Positions 35,241-44,337 of a DNA stretch of 64,000 bases are shown piece by piece; within the stretch, counting starts at the first letter, position 1; every line of letters starts with the position of its first letter. The stretch is from a virus (taxonomy: Duplodnaviria > Caudoviricetes). Location of the stretch: the IMG/VR virus record IMGVR_UViG_3300025678_000005, one strand, 5' to 3'. The position numbers were made by a program, and so were the translations under genes. Below the pieces are notes generated by a model. It was not told the DNA's origin. It did not search any database and saw only the letters and a program-made list of their open reading frames with translations.

Positions 35241-35615
35241 ATGGTAGAAGATAAAATTGCTAATCTGCTTATAAAAAATAAATCCTATTTAATTGATGTC
35301 ATTTCAATAAGAATTAAGGATTGTATCAATATGCTCGCACAATCCATAGAAGAGATTTATGATGTAAATGAGACTTATATTTTTTATAAGCGCAATGGAT
35401 TAGATTTAGCCTATAATAAGAAGTCTGCCAAAGAAATGAAACTTCTTATTGAAAATTTGAAAAAAGAAGATATTGAAGCAATTAATGCTATACAGTATGC
35501 TTCTTTAATTAAAGCTTTGGCGATAGTTGGTAATAAAACTATCGACCCATATGAATATGAACTTATTCTTGCTTATTGTATGGATAAACTCATACAAATT
35601 AACCTTACAATATAA
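35241..35615 (+). CDS. Hypothetical protein
   Basis: 124-aa ORF. Confidence 0.65.
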   Translation: MVEDKIANLLIKNKSYLIDVISIRIKDCINMLAQSIEEIYDVNETYIFYKRNGLDLAYNKKSAKEMKLLIENLKKEDIEAINAIQYASLIKALAIVGNKTIDPYEYELILAYCMDKLIQINLTI

Positions 35616-35638
35616 TAGGGTATCCTATTATATTTTTT

Positions 35639-35671
35639 AAAGAGTGTGCTGAAAATCTTAAGAGTAAGCAA
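35639..35671 (+). promoter_or_regulatory. Leader RNA motif, copy 3
   Basis: AAGAGTG-TGCT-GAAAA-TCTT-AAG-AGTA-AGCA. Confidence 0.55.
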
Positions 35672-36030
35672 ATTAAAATAATGTATCATGAAAGAATATT
35701 ATTTATTACCAGATGGGTCTTTATCTAATACAAGACCTGTCGATTATGATAGAAGATGAATTCTATTGTAATAACAGTTTTAAAGTTTGTACTGTTAAAC
35801 GAACTTTATGTTTTATTTATTAACTTGTTAAACTAAATTATATTTATGCTAAAGAAGTATTATCTTACTACCAATGGAAATATCCTAGATACAAAAAAGA
35901 AATGTTTTTTAACTCCAACTGGACACTTCTTAAGAGATGTATCTGAAGAAGAACTGGGTTACTATACTAAAAAATTAACCCCAATTATTCTTTTTAAAAA
36001 TATTAATAAACAGTAAAAAAGTTTAAAAAT

Positions 36031-36342
36031 ATGAAAAAGGAAAAAGAAGCTATTTATTTCTTTATTTGTTTATTGTTTCTAATAGCAATTACTTCTTTTA
36101 TGCTTTGTAACTGTACAGAGACAAAAAGAAGTGCTTCTATTACTATAAAAGAACAAAAGAATATAATAAGAGAGTCTCCAAGAAAGGTTTACATTAATCC
36201 TTACAAATATTTTGTTTTGTATGGAGACTCTTTTAAATTGAAAGAGCAAATAATAATCACCAATCAAAAGAAAGCAAAGAGAATTATTCATTGTCTTGAG
36301 AGAGATAACATAAAATATATATATTATGAAAAAGGTGAGTAA
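36031..36342 (+). CDS. Hypothetical membrane/lipoprotein
   Basis: N-terminal hydrophobic stretch followed by Cys. Confidence 0.6.
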   Translation: MKKEKEAIYFFICLLFLIAITSFMLCNCTETKRSASITIKEQKNIIRESPRKVYINPYKYFVLYGDSFKLKEQIIITNQKKAKRIIHCLERDNIKYIYYEKGE

Positions 36343-36498
36343 TAAACAAGCGAAAGAAACCGCATTAAAAGATATGCGGGAAGAAGGAATGCATTATAAT
36401 CCTTCTTTTGATTATAGAATGCGAAATTAAAAAGTTGGTTTGACGGATAGTCATCACTGGGAGTACCTCAAGCTCCTTTATAAAAAAATTAATTAATT

Positions 36499-36864
36499 AT
36501 GGATCTATACAAAGAAATAGAGTATATTGTTGGTACTAATAAAGACACAATAAAATATATTTGTATCGACAGTTTAAACAATTATATGGATATAATGTTC
36601 TATGCTTTTCGACATAAAATAAATGAAACAGAACATCTTATAAAATATATAAAGGATTCTCATGTATTTTATTTTGATAAAAATGTTATTCCTGTTTTGA
36701 GTAATGTTATTGAAAAGATAGAAAAAGAAGATTTTGGTTTCACAGCAGAGGAATGCTATTATTTTAGCAAAGCTCTTATACTTAGAAAAGATATTCAAGT
36801 AAATAACTTTCTACTGGATGAATTGGCTTCCTGTCTGCTTTCTGTAATTACTAAAGAATTTTAA
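36499..36864 (+). CDS. Hypothetical protein
   Basis: 121-aa ORF. Confidence 0.6.
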   Translation: MDLYKEIEYIVGTNKDTIKYICIDSLNNYMDIMFYAFRHKINETEHLIKYIKDSHVFYFDKNVIPVLSNVIEKIEKEDFGFTAEECYYFSKALILRKDIQVNNFLLDELASCLLSVITKEF

Positions 36865-36865
36865 C

Positions 36866-37063
36866 ATGAAAACTCTTAAAGGAGTGTTTAAAACTGTTAA
36901 TAAATTTGAATGTAATGATGAAATTTTAACAGTTATTCCAATTGAATTAATCATAAATAAAATTGAATTGGAGAGGGAATGCTTTGTGAATGTGAGAGTT
37001 AACTCCTCTAATTCCCTCGTCATAACTTCGATCTGTTATCTTTCAGATCTTAATTTTCAATAA
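36866..37063 (+). CDS. Hypothetical protein
   Basis: 65-aa ORF. Confidence 0.5.
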   Translation: MKTLKGVFKTVNKFECNDEILTVIPIELIINKIELERECFVNVRVNSSNSLVITSICYLSDLNFQ

Positions 37064-37153
37064 AAAAACTCTTATATACTAAAAATTCACTTTTTTTCAT
37101 TATTATCCTTTTTTAAACAATTAAACTATTTATTAATATAAAATTAGAAAATT

Positions 37154-37465
37154 ATGAACCCAAACATTGAAAATTTAATGATTTTGTTGGAAGAATTAAA
37201 GAAAAAAGATTTATCTACCGACGATTTGATTTTTGAAGTTGAACAAAGTATTGCCTCTTGGAAGCCGTATCATCATTTAGACCCTGATGTAAGAAATGCT
37301 TGTAGTGTAAAAGAACTAGCTGCAGAAGATATTATGGAAGTTTTGCTTAATAATGCTATAAAAAATCCATCTTATCTTGTAGAAAATTTGGAAAAAGTAT
37401 TTTCAAAAAGATCTTTAGCTTTCATGATGTATAGAGCCATAATGCAAGCTATTGAGCAAAAATAA
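37154..37465 (+). CDS. Tandem paralogue family, member 1
   Basis: NIENL...SWKPYHH...AC...ENLEKVFSKRSL motif shared with the downstream copies. Confidence 0.75.
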   Translation: MNPNIENLMILLEELKKKDLSTDDLIFEVEQSIASWKPYHHLDPDVRNACSVKELAAEDIMEVLLNNAIKNPSYLVENLEKVFSKRSLAFMMYRAIMQAIEQK

Positions 37466-37477
37466 ATTTCATAAAGT

Positions 37478-37800
37478 ATGGAACAAATTATTGAAAATTT
37501 AAAAGCTCTTTTAAAAAAATTAAAAAAAGAAAAACCAGTATCAAATGAAACAGTTTTAGAGTTTGAACAAAATATTACAGCTTTAAAACCTTATAATCAT
37601 CAGGAATCTTAGTTAAGAAAAGCTTGTGATGCCTGATATAAACAGGATAATAGAAACAATATCTGATGAAGAAACAGAACATTCATCTCAAACGATAGAA
37701 GCTTTAAAAAAACTTTTTCTAAGAGATCTTTAATTTATGGAATGTACTTAATTATATTAAGGTTATTAAAAGAAATACAAACTTTACAAAATTAGTATTA
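37478..37800 (+). pseudogene. Tandem paralogue family, member 2, degraded
   Basis: MEQIIENL...LKPYNHQES, then TAG at 37610 with further stops and a frameshift. Confidence 0.7.
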
Positions 37801-37802
37801 AT

Positions 37803-38132
37803 ATGGATCAAAGAATAGAAAATTTTATAGATTTTTTGATAGATCTTGATAAAAAAGATCTATCAACAGAAAAGATTATTCAAAAGATAGAAAGTTATTT
37901 ATCTTCTTGGAGGCCTTTTGATCATGATGCAGATTCATTAGAAGACGCTTGTAAACCAGAAATGGCACCTGTACAAAGTATAACCGATCTTTTTACAAAA
38001 AATGCAGATGATTCTATGTCTTCAATTGTAGAAAACTTAGAAAAACTTGTTACAAAAAGAACCCTTACATTTGCTTTATATAAAAGTATGTTAGAAGAAT
38101 TTGAAATTTTTAAATCAGAACATAAATTATGA
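37803..38132 (+). CDS. Tandem paralogue family, member 3 (TGA stop in ATGA overlap)
   Basis: RIENF...SWRPFDH...AC...ENLEKLVTKRTL. Confidence 0.75.
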   Translation: MDQRIENFIDFLIDLDKKDLSTEKIIQKIESYLSSWRPFDHDADSLEDACKPEMAPVQSITDLFTKNADDSMSSIVENLEKLVTKRTLTFALYKSMLEEFEIFKSEHKL

Positions 38133-38449
38133 ATCAAAATATCTCAAATCTAATAGATATGCTATTAGATATAAATGATGATTTACCTATTGAATCATTA
38201 ATATTAAAAATTGAAAATCAAGTAGCAACTTGGACACCGTATAATCATGCTTCTGATTCAATGCTCGAAGCTTGCAATATTTCAGAAAAAACTTTAGACA
38301 GATTAAAGAAAAATATACTTAAATCTTTAGATTTTAAACCATCTGAATTTATTGAAGAAGTAGAAAAAACGCTGCCTAAAAGAGCGGTCACATATGTGTT
38401 ATTTAGAAGCATATTGAATGTTTGTGATCATCACATGCAAAAAAAGTAA
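38129..38449 (+). CDS. Tandem paralogue family, member 4
   Basis: NISNL...TWTPYNH...AC...EVEKTLPKRAV. Confidence 0.75.
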   Translation: MNQNISNLIDMLLDINDDLPIESLILKIENQVATWTPYNHASDSMLEACNISEKTLDRLKKNILKSLDFKPSEFIEEVEKTLPKRAVTYVLFRSILNVCDHHMQKK

Positions 38450-38580
38450 TAACCTTTATGTGTCTAGAAATAAAATCTTCATTAATTGTGTCAAAGGAAC
38501 TCATTATTTGTTATAAGGCCATTAAACGAATAAAGAAGGCAGATAAAATCTTTATAATAAAATAATCAATTAACTAAAAT

Positions 38581-38649
38581 GGGGCAGTCTGGGTTGGTTT
38601 TCCTCTATTGAGAGAAAACATTACGTGGGTTCAATTCCCACCTGCTCCA
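38581..38649 (+). ncRNA. tRNA-Ala/tmRNA tRNA-like-domain mini-RNA lacking a D stem and canonical anticodon loop
   Basis: Acceptor GGGGCAG/CTGCTCC-A with G3.U70; T arm GTGGG-TTCAATT-CCCAC; central stem GTTTTCCTC-TATT-GAGAGAAAAC. Confidence 0.7.
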
Positions 38650-38846
38650 CTTTTTAAATCTTTAAGGTTATGGCTATAATAGTGACATTTAATTTAAAAA
38701 AACAAAAAGATACTTTAATATGGGATCAATATTTTATGAATTATGATGATCTCTTAAGATATAAGAAAAGAATAGAAAGTGAAGAAAAATCTTCTATATT
38801 GATTACTAATATAAGAGAAGTTTAATTTAATAAAAATAAAATTAAA

Positions 38847-39276
38847 ATGAAAAAAGAAATATTAACCGCTGAATTGGTAAATAAATTTGGTATAGAAGGA
38901 AATGGTAGAAAATTATTTTATAAATTATCTCATAAAATAAAAAGGGGACAAGTACCATTTCATAATGATGATATTGTAAAAAGTTTGGAAGAAGACAAAG
39001 AATTTCTTCTTAAGGATGAATTTAAACAATATGTTGATGATTGTTTAGATGGAATTGAATATGTGTGTATTTCGGATGCTTTTGGATTTTATGAACGTTG
39101 CTGCAACTTCTTGTGAAAGATGTGGAAAGAAAGAATATTTAATATTCCCAACTGCTATAGGAGGTGAAAATACATTTTCAATGTCTGGTGGAGATAGATT
39201 TTCTATGAAAGAACCAGAATTTTATCTTAAAGAACTTGCTGAATTAAACGGCTTTAAATGGGGAGGTATAAAATAA
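38847..39276 (+). pseudogene. Possibly frameshifted hypothetical gene (ORFs 38847..39116 and 39049..39276)
   Basis: Two overlapping frames that both read as protein and meet at a TGTGTGT repeat near 39062. Confidence 0.4.
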
Positions 39277-39500
39277 TGGAACAAAATGAAAAACAAAGAC
39301 TTGAAAAAATTATACGTACAGAAAAATCATTTACAGATGAAGAGCTTTTTAAAGAAATTTTATCTCTTTTAGAGAAACAAAGACACTATGCAAGATTATT
39401 ATATAATGAAGAATATGTTAATGAAGAAGAAGAAAAGAAATTTGAAGTGTATCTTTATTATATAGAAAAACAAATAAGACTTCTTCTTGCTTTAATTTAA
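39276..39500 (+). CDS. Hypothetical protein
   Basis: ATG overlaps the upstream TAA. Confidence 0.6.
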   Translation: MEQNEKQRLEKIIRTEKSFTDEELFKEILSLLEKQRHYARLLYNEEYVNEEEEKKFEVYLYYIEKQIRLLLALI

Positions 39501-39599
39501 AAAAATTTATTATATAATTGATTTCAATATCAAAATAAAGAAAGAAAATACAAATCAAATAAAAAAAATTAAAATTTAACAATTTAAAAATTTACAACT

Positions 39600-39788
39600 A
39601 TGCAATTTATTGAAATTAAAACTAAGAGAGGGATAAATGTTTTGATAAATATAAATTTTATTGATTGTGTAATTGAAGATTTAATTACTCAAGAAATTAA
39701 TATTTATTCAGTAGGCTTTGATTCTCCTCTTACAGTAAACATGTCTTTAAAGGAATTTAAAGACAAATATTTATTATCAACAATTTAA
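39600..39788 (+). CDS. Hypothetical protein
   Basis: 62-aa ORF. Confidence 0.6.
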   Translation: MQFIEIKTKRGINVLININFIDCVIEDLITQEINIYSVGFDSPLTVNMSLKEFKDKYLLSTI

Positions 39789-39862
39789 AAATTTACAAGT
39801 CAAAATTTGAAATTAACATAAATACAAACTTAGATGCACGAAAGGCATGTTTTATACTTGCT

Positions 39863-40103
39863 GTTAGGCATCTGTAAAAATTACGGTTATGAGAACAGAT
39901 GGTAAAAAAGAAATTTTAACGTATTGGGTAAGGCATACGAATGAAAAGAAACACTACTTTAAATGGGATTGGAGTATGATATGGATACTTGTAAAATATA
40001 GACTTTTGTGGGGAATGAAAATTTCTTTTACAGTAATAAAGGCAATAGATAGAGAAGAATACTTGGTGCAGTTTTTCGCCGAGTAATTTTTATTGTGCCT
40101 AAC
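39863..40103 (+). mobile_element. Solo cassette-like unit containing ORF 39889..40086
   Basis: GTTAGGCATCTGTAAAAATTAC ... GTAATTTTTATTGTGCCTAAC complementary ends (GTTRRRY/RYYYAAC). Confidence 0.55.
39889..40086 (+). CDS. Hypothetical cassette protein
   Basis: 65-aa Trp-rich ORF, all Trp as TGG. Confidence 0.55.
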   Translation: MRTDGKKEILTYWVRHTNEKKHYFKWDWSMIWILVKYRLLWGMKISFTVIKAIDREEYLVQFFAE

Positions 40104-40320
40104 AGTTGTTTGATTATACAAGGAATAAGAGCGAGAGAAAGTAAGGCAAGGAGCGAAATGCCTATTGAATATAGTTATTTGTTTTGCAATGAAGCACAAA
40201 TTCAAGGCTTCAATTACAAACTATGGTTTTGTAATATTAGTCAGACAATTTAAAACTAAATATTATTCAGGAATTTATAGAACAACTCTAACTTGAGTGA
40301 CAACTTATAATAATAAAAAT

Positions 40321-40506
40321 ATGGAGCTAGAAATAACAAACTTAACTATTGTGGCTGAAATGAAAGATGGCAAACATTATGTTATTTTACCAAAAAAAGA
40401 AACATCTTCAGAAATTTTGAAACTTATTGTAGAAAAAGAAGGACATATTCCACTGTTTGATAAACCGTTAGAGAATTTTAACATACAAAATAATAATATA
40501 TTATAA
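40321..40506 (+). CDS. Hypothetical protein
   Basis: ORF from ATG 40321. Confidence 0.55.
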   Translation: MELEITNLTIVAEMKDGKHYVILPKKETSSEILKLIVEKEGHIPLFDKPLENFNIQNNNIL

Positions 40507-40534
40507 TTGTATTAATATTAAAATAATTAAAAAC

Positions 40535-40741
40535 ATGGCAAATATAAATGCTAAATTATATATTATGTCAAAAGAAACAACTATCAAAATACGTTTAGCA
40601 GAAGCAGAGCATTTATTACATCTTATTAAAATAAATGAAAGAGAGCATATGTATTATGGGTCTTATAAACAATATAGAAAAAGGAGTGATGATCTTAAAA
40701 ATAAATTGTTATTGGCCATTAATGAATTGACAAATAAATAA
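40535..40741 (+). CDS. Hypothetical protein
   Basis: 68-aa ORF. Confidence 0.55.
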   Translation: MANINAKLYIMSKETTIKIRLAEAEHLLHLIKINEREHMYYGSYKQYRKRSDDLKNKLLLAINELTNK

Positions 40742-40746
40742 AAATT

Positions 40747-41004
40747 ATGGAATTTATACAAGAATCTACCATCAGTAAAATTTTTGATTCTATTTTAAGA
40801 AAACAAGAAGAAGTTTATATACAGGCTTTACGTATGAATGCCGTTCCACCAATTAAAGGTAAGATTACAAAAGGAAAGTTGAAATGGAGAGGTATCAAAC
40901 ATGTAACATATTATAATAATTTGGTACACGAAGAATGGTTAGAACAAAGAGGGAAACAAATTAGCGATAAAATAATTATTGAAATATCTCTTCCTGAAAT
41001 ATAA
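40747..41004 (+). CDS. Hypothetical protein
   Basis: 85-aa ORF. Confidence 0.6.
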   Translation: MEFIQESTISKIFDSILRKQEEVYIQALRMNAVPPIKGKITKGKLKWRGIKHVTYYNNLVHEEWLEQRGKQISDKIIIEISLPEI

Positions 41005-41018
41005 ATATTATTTTAATT

Positions 41019-41384
41019 ATGAAAAAGATAAATGTAAAAGAATTAAATAAAAAGATAAAACTCTTAATATTAAAGAAAAAATATAAGTGGGCTGATAAGT
41101 ATCAATTGAAGGAAATTTTGAAGGGTATAAAAGAAAAATTAGATGTTTCTATTTATGCTAAACCAGTATTTAATTATATACAAATGGAAATAATTCGTTG
41201 GGGATTAGAAGAAGGATTGGATGTTCATTTGTATGCCGATAAAAAATTTAATTCAGAGCAAATGCTTCAAATTTATTTTGGATTAATAGATGAAATCAAT
41301 GTTGAAACATATGCTGATCCTAAAATACCTGCGGATGTAATGGAAAAAATTCGTAATGAGCTGATTTACAAAACATATAAATGA
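41019..41384 (+). CDS. Repeat-containing hypothetical protein (DVxxYA...QM...GL repeats)
   Basis: Three internal ~24-aa repeats. Confidence 0.65.
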   Translation: MKKINVKELNKKIKLLILKKKYKWADKYQLKEILKGIKEKLDVSIYAKPVFNYIQMEIIRWGLEEGLDVHLYADKKFNSEQMLQIYFGLIDEINVETYADPKIPADVMEKIRNELIYKTYK

Positions 41385-41433
41385 TTTTAAATATAAAAAA
41401 TTGTTTATTTCTATTTAAATTCAATGAAAATAA

Positions 41434-41718
41434 ATGAAATATTATTTTATACACAGAGAAGATGAGTCTTGTTATTCTAAAAGTATTATCAAAAAATATT
41501 TAGTAGAAAATAACTTAAAAGAAATCAATGTCTTTGAAGCTAAAAAATCAGAAAATTTAGATTTTTTGTATTGTAAAAAATTTCAAGAAATTGGTGATAA
41601 AAAATATTGTGGCAAAAATTGTGATGAGTATATTCCAAGAAATGGAAAAAATGGATGCTGTAAATATTTTGGTTACTGTTATGAACCTACAGATAAAATT
41701 ATAAAAATTAAAAAATAA
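41434..41718 (+). CDS. Cys-rich hypothetical protein
   Basis: CGKNCDEYIPRNGKNGCCKY. Confidence 0.65.
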   Translation: MKYYFIHREDESCYSKSIIKKYLVENNLKEINVFEAKKSENLDFLYCKKFQEIGDKKYCGKNCDEYIPRNGKNGCCKYFGYCYEPTDKIIKIKK

Positions 41719-41722
41719 AAAT

Positions 41723-41843
41723 ATAGAAAAATCAAATTCAAATAATAATAATTCAACACAATCAATTTTAGAAAGTAAATTTAGATAATTAGAGTCCGTG
41801 CCCGATGAATTAGAAATTTTTTGTGAATATCTATTAAGATAAG
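41723..41843 (+). pseudogene. Degenerate copy of the 5' part of gene 41902..42189
   Basis: Aligns by eye (CAATCAATTTTAGAA vs CAACCAATTTTAGAA; TGTGAATATCT vs TGTGAACATCT); ATA in place of ATG and an internal TAA. Confidence 0.6.
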
Positions 41844-41901
41844 AAAAATAAAGAAAGAAAAATAAAAGTTTTTAAATATAAAATAAAAAAATTAAACTAT
41901 T

Positions 41902-42189
41902 ATGGAAACATTAAATTCAACTGAAAATGGTCTAACTCAACCAATTTTAGAAGGCCAACTTAAAAAGTTAGAATCTATGGTTAATGAATTTGAATGTTAT
42001 TGTGAACATCTTGCACAAAAAGCAAGACAGTTTAAAAAAATAGATTTTAAATATGCTAAAATGGATGAAGAAAATGATAATGAGACAGCTAATTATTATA
42101 CTGATAGATTTGATGGTTTATTAGAAAGATTTGATTTTTGTCTTAATTATATAAGACAAATAAAAAATTTTTTCGATATTTTAATTTAA
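41902..42189 (+). CDS. Hypothetical protein
   Basis: 95-aa ORF. Confidence 0.65.
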   Translation: METLNSTENGLTQPILEGQLKKLESMVNEFECYCEHLAQKARQFKKIDFKYAKMDEENDNETANYYTDRFDGLLERFDFCLNYIRQIKNFFDILI

Positions 42190-42851
42190 TGATGGCACCT
42201 ACTGATATAATAGACAAAATAATTTTATGCAATGCTGATTGTATGGAAGTTATGAAACAATTCAATGATAAAGAATTTGATCTTGCCATAATTGACCCTC
42301 CATATGGAATAGAATCTTCTGGTAAATCTTTTGGGGCTGGTTCTGGTAAATTAAAAAATAGAGTATTAAATAAAAATAGCAAAAAAATTATTGAATGGGA
42401 TAATAAACCTGGCGATGATTATTTTACTGAATTATTTAGAATATCAAAAAATCAAATAATTTGGGGATATAATTATTTTTATCTTCCTCCAACAAGATGT
42501 GTTATTTGTTGGGATAAAGTACAGCCATGGGATAATTTTAGTCAAATTGAATTAGCTTGGACGTCTTTTAATCATCCAGCAAAATTATTTAGGTTTGACA
42601 ACAGAACTGGAGATAAAATTCATCCAACACAGAAACCAGTAAAATTATATGAATGGCTTTTAACCAATTTTGCAACCAAAGGTGATAAAATTTTAGACAC
42701 TCACTTTGGAAGCTTATCGATTGGAATAGCCTGTGATATATTAAATTTTGATTTAACAGCAATAGAAATTGATAAAACTTATTATCAAGCAGGAAAGAAA
42801 AGATTATTAGATCATAAATCACAATTAAAATTTGATATTGATTGTTTATAA
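42189..42851 (+). CDS. DNA methyltransferase (N6-adenine/N4-cytosine, beta-class order)
   Basis: IIDPPYG, HPTQKPVKLY, ILDTHFGS, AIEID. Confidence 0.88.
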   Translation: MMAPTDIIDKIILCNADCMEVMKQFNDKEFDLAIIDPPYGIESSGKSFGAGSGKLKNRVLNKNSKKIIEWDNKPGDDYFTELFRISKNQIIWGYNYFYLPPTRCVICWDKVQPWDNFSQIELAWTSFNHPAKLFRFDNRTGDKIHPTQKPVKLYEWLLTNFATKGDKILDTHFGSLSIGIACDILNFDLTAIEIDKTYYQAGKKRLLDHKSQLKFDIDCL

Positions 42852-42877
42852 AAATAAAATTAAATAAAATAAAAATT

Positions 42878-43171
42878 ATGTTACATGTACAACAATACAT
42901 AACTTTTTGGAAGACTAAAAAAGCATGTAAATTTTTGGGATTGCTCGACAAAGACGGATTTGCCTTTTTGCCTGAAGCTGAAATAATTAATTATATTGGA
43001 CATTATACTCTTAATAATGTAACTATTCCTGTTAACACGTATCATTATAAAATGGGAAAATTTCAGGGTGATGATCCGTTTTTATCTTCGATAAATTGGT
43101 ATAATATATTATTAGCCCACAAAACAGCGAAACAAAATAAAAAAAATAAAAAATTGTTAAATATAAATTAA
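42878..43171 (+). CDS. Hypothetical protein
   Basis: ORF from ATG 42878. Confidence 0.55.
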   Translation: MLHVQQYITFWKTKKACKFLGLLDKDGFAFLPEAEIINYIGHYTLNNVTIPVNTYHYKMGKFQGDDPFLSSINWYNILLAHKTAKQNKKNKKLLNIN

Positions 43172-43183
43172 AAATTAATTATT

Positions 43184-43399
43184 ATGGAAACATTCATGCT
43201 TATCTTATTATTTATTATTTCTTTATTATTGGGTATTTTAAATTTAAAGCAACGTGCTCATATAGATGATTTAAAATCTGAGAATCAGGAACTAAGAAAT
43301 GAAAATAAGAATTTAATGGACAACATTCGTTCTTTATGTGAACAAAACAAAGCAACGTCTGATAAAAAGAAAACTAAAACAACAAAGAAAAGTGAATAA
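43184..43399 (+). CDS. Small membrane-anchored coiled-coil protein
   Basis: N-terminal TM. Confidence 0.6.
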   Translation: METFMLILLFIISLLLGILNLKQRAHIDDLKSENQELRNENKNLMDNIRSLCEQNKATSDKKKTKTTKKSE

Positions 43400-43406
43400 A
43401 TTTATA

Positions 43407-43445
43407 ACAATCCATAGCTATTAATTAATGGTAGCTATGGATTAT
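43407..43445 (+). terminator. Hairpin, possible terminator
   Basis: ATCCATAGCTA...TAGCTATGGAT. Confidence 0.45.
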
Positions 43446-43461
43446 CTAAAAATTTTATATT

Positions 43462-43746
43462 ATGGATATAACCAAAACATTTGAAGAAATGGTGCTTAAA
43501 TTTCAAAATGAAATTAATGCATTTATAAATGATAATAAACAAGAAGATTTACAAAAAGATGATGTTTCTATTATCATGTTAGCTTCTTGTAAAAAAAGCC
43601 AACTTTATTCTATTTTACTTGGAGATGAAATTAATTTAGTAAAAATGTTATTAAATGCAACATCAAACAGTGATGGATGGTCATCTATTATAGTTGATAC
43701 ATATACTGTTATACAAAGATTGTCACAAAAAAATGAAAATATATAA
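43462..43746 (+). CDS. Hypothetical protein
   Basis: 94-aa ORF. Confidence 0.6.
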   Translation: MDITKTFEEMVLKFQNEINAFINDNKQEDLQKDDVSIIMLASCKKSQLYSILLGDEINLVKMLLNATSNSDGWSSIIVDTYTVIQRLSQKNENI

Positions 43747-43966
43747 TAATATATATAAAAAAATATCATGGAATCTTAAATCCATGATGGCAATTTCTTT
43801 TATAAATATAGAATGGAACAAATATAATGGATTTGTCTTTCAAATAGGATATATTTGCTCCAATAAAATAGATGGATCTTTTTTCAGCATTAATTTTTCT
43901 AAAAGATTTTTATATATAGAAATTTTTTGGAAAGAATATAAGATTTATGAAAATTTTATAACTTAA
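43733..43966 (+). CDS. Hypothetical protein
   Basis: ORF; start uncertain. Confidence 0.5.
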   Translation: MKIYNNIYKKISWNLKSMMAISFINIEWNKYNGFVFQIGYICSNKIDGSFFSINFSKRFLYIEIFWKEYKIYENFIT

Positions 43967-43976
43967 CGACAATAAT

Positions 43977-44300
43977 ATGAAAAAGCATATAAATTTTTAT
44001 GATTTTGCTGAATCCTTTTATAGAATGAAAAGATATAATTTTTCGTATGAAGGATTGGAAGCACTGTTTAATTACTTTGAAGATTTAGAAGATAGTTTAG
44101 AAATTGAAATAGAATTTGATGTAATAGGTATTTGTTGTAATTATACAGAATATGAAAATTTAGATGAATTTAAAAAAGACTTTACAGATGAAAAATTTAT
44201 AGATTTAGAATCTATACAAAATGAAACAAATGTCATTTGTATTGATTCAGAAGAAGAAATAAATCAAAATAAAGGTAGATTTATTATAGAAAACTTTTAA
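43977..44300 (+). CDS. Phage hypothetical protein
   Basis: FSYEGLEALFNY...EFDVIGICCNYTEY. Confidence 0.7.
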   Translation: MKKHINFYDFAESFYRMKRYNFSYEGLEALFNYFEDLEDSLEIEIEFDVIGICCNYTEYENLDEFKKDFTDEKFIDLESIQNETNVICIDSEEEINQNKGRFIIENF

Positions 44301-44337
44301 ATTATTAATAGTATTAATTGATAAAATAAAATAAAAA

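Noticed and set aside
31516-35671. CRISPR array
   Set aside because: The repeats are adjacent or kilobases apart, with no regular repeat-spacer periodicity and no cas genes.
36432-36480. Two small hairpins (TGAC/GTCA, GGAG/CTCC) before gene 36499
   Set aside because: Single copy with short stems; not enough evidence to call.
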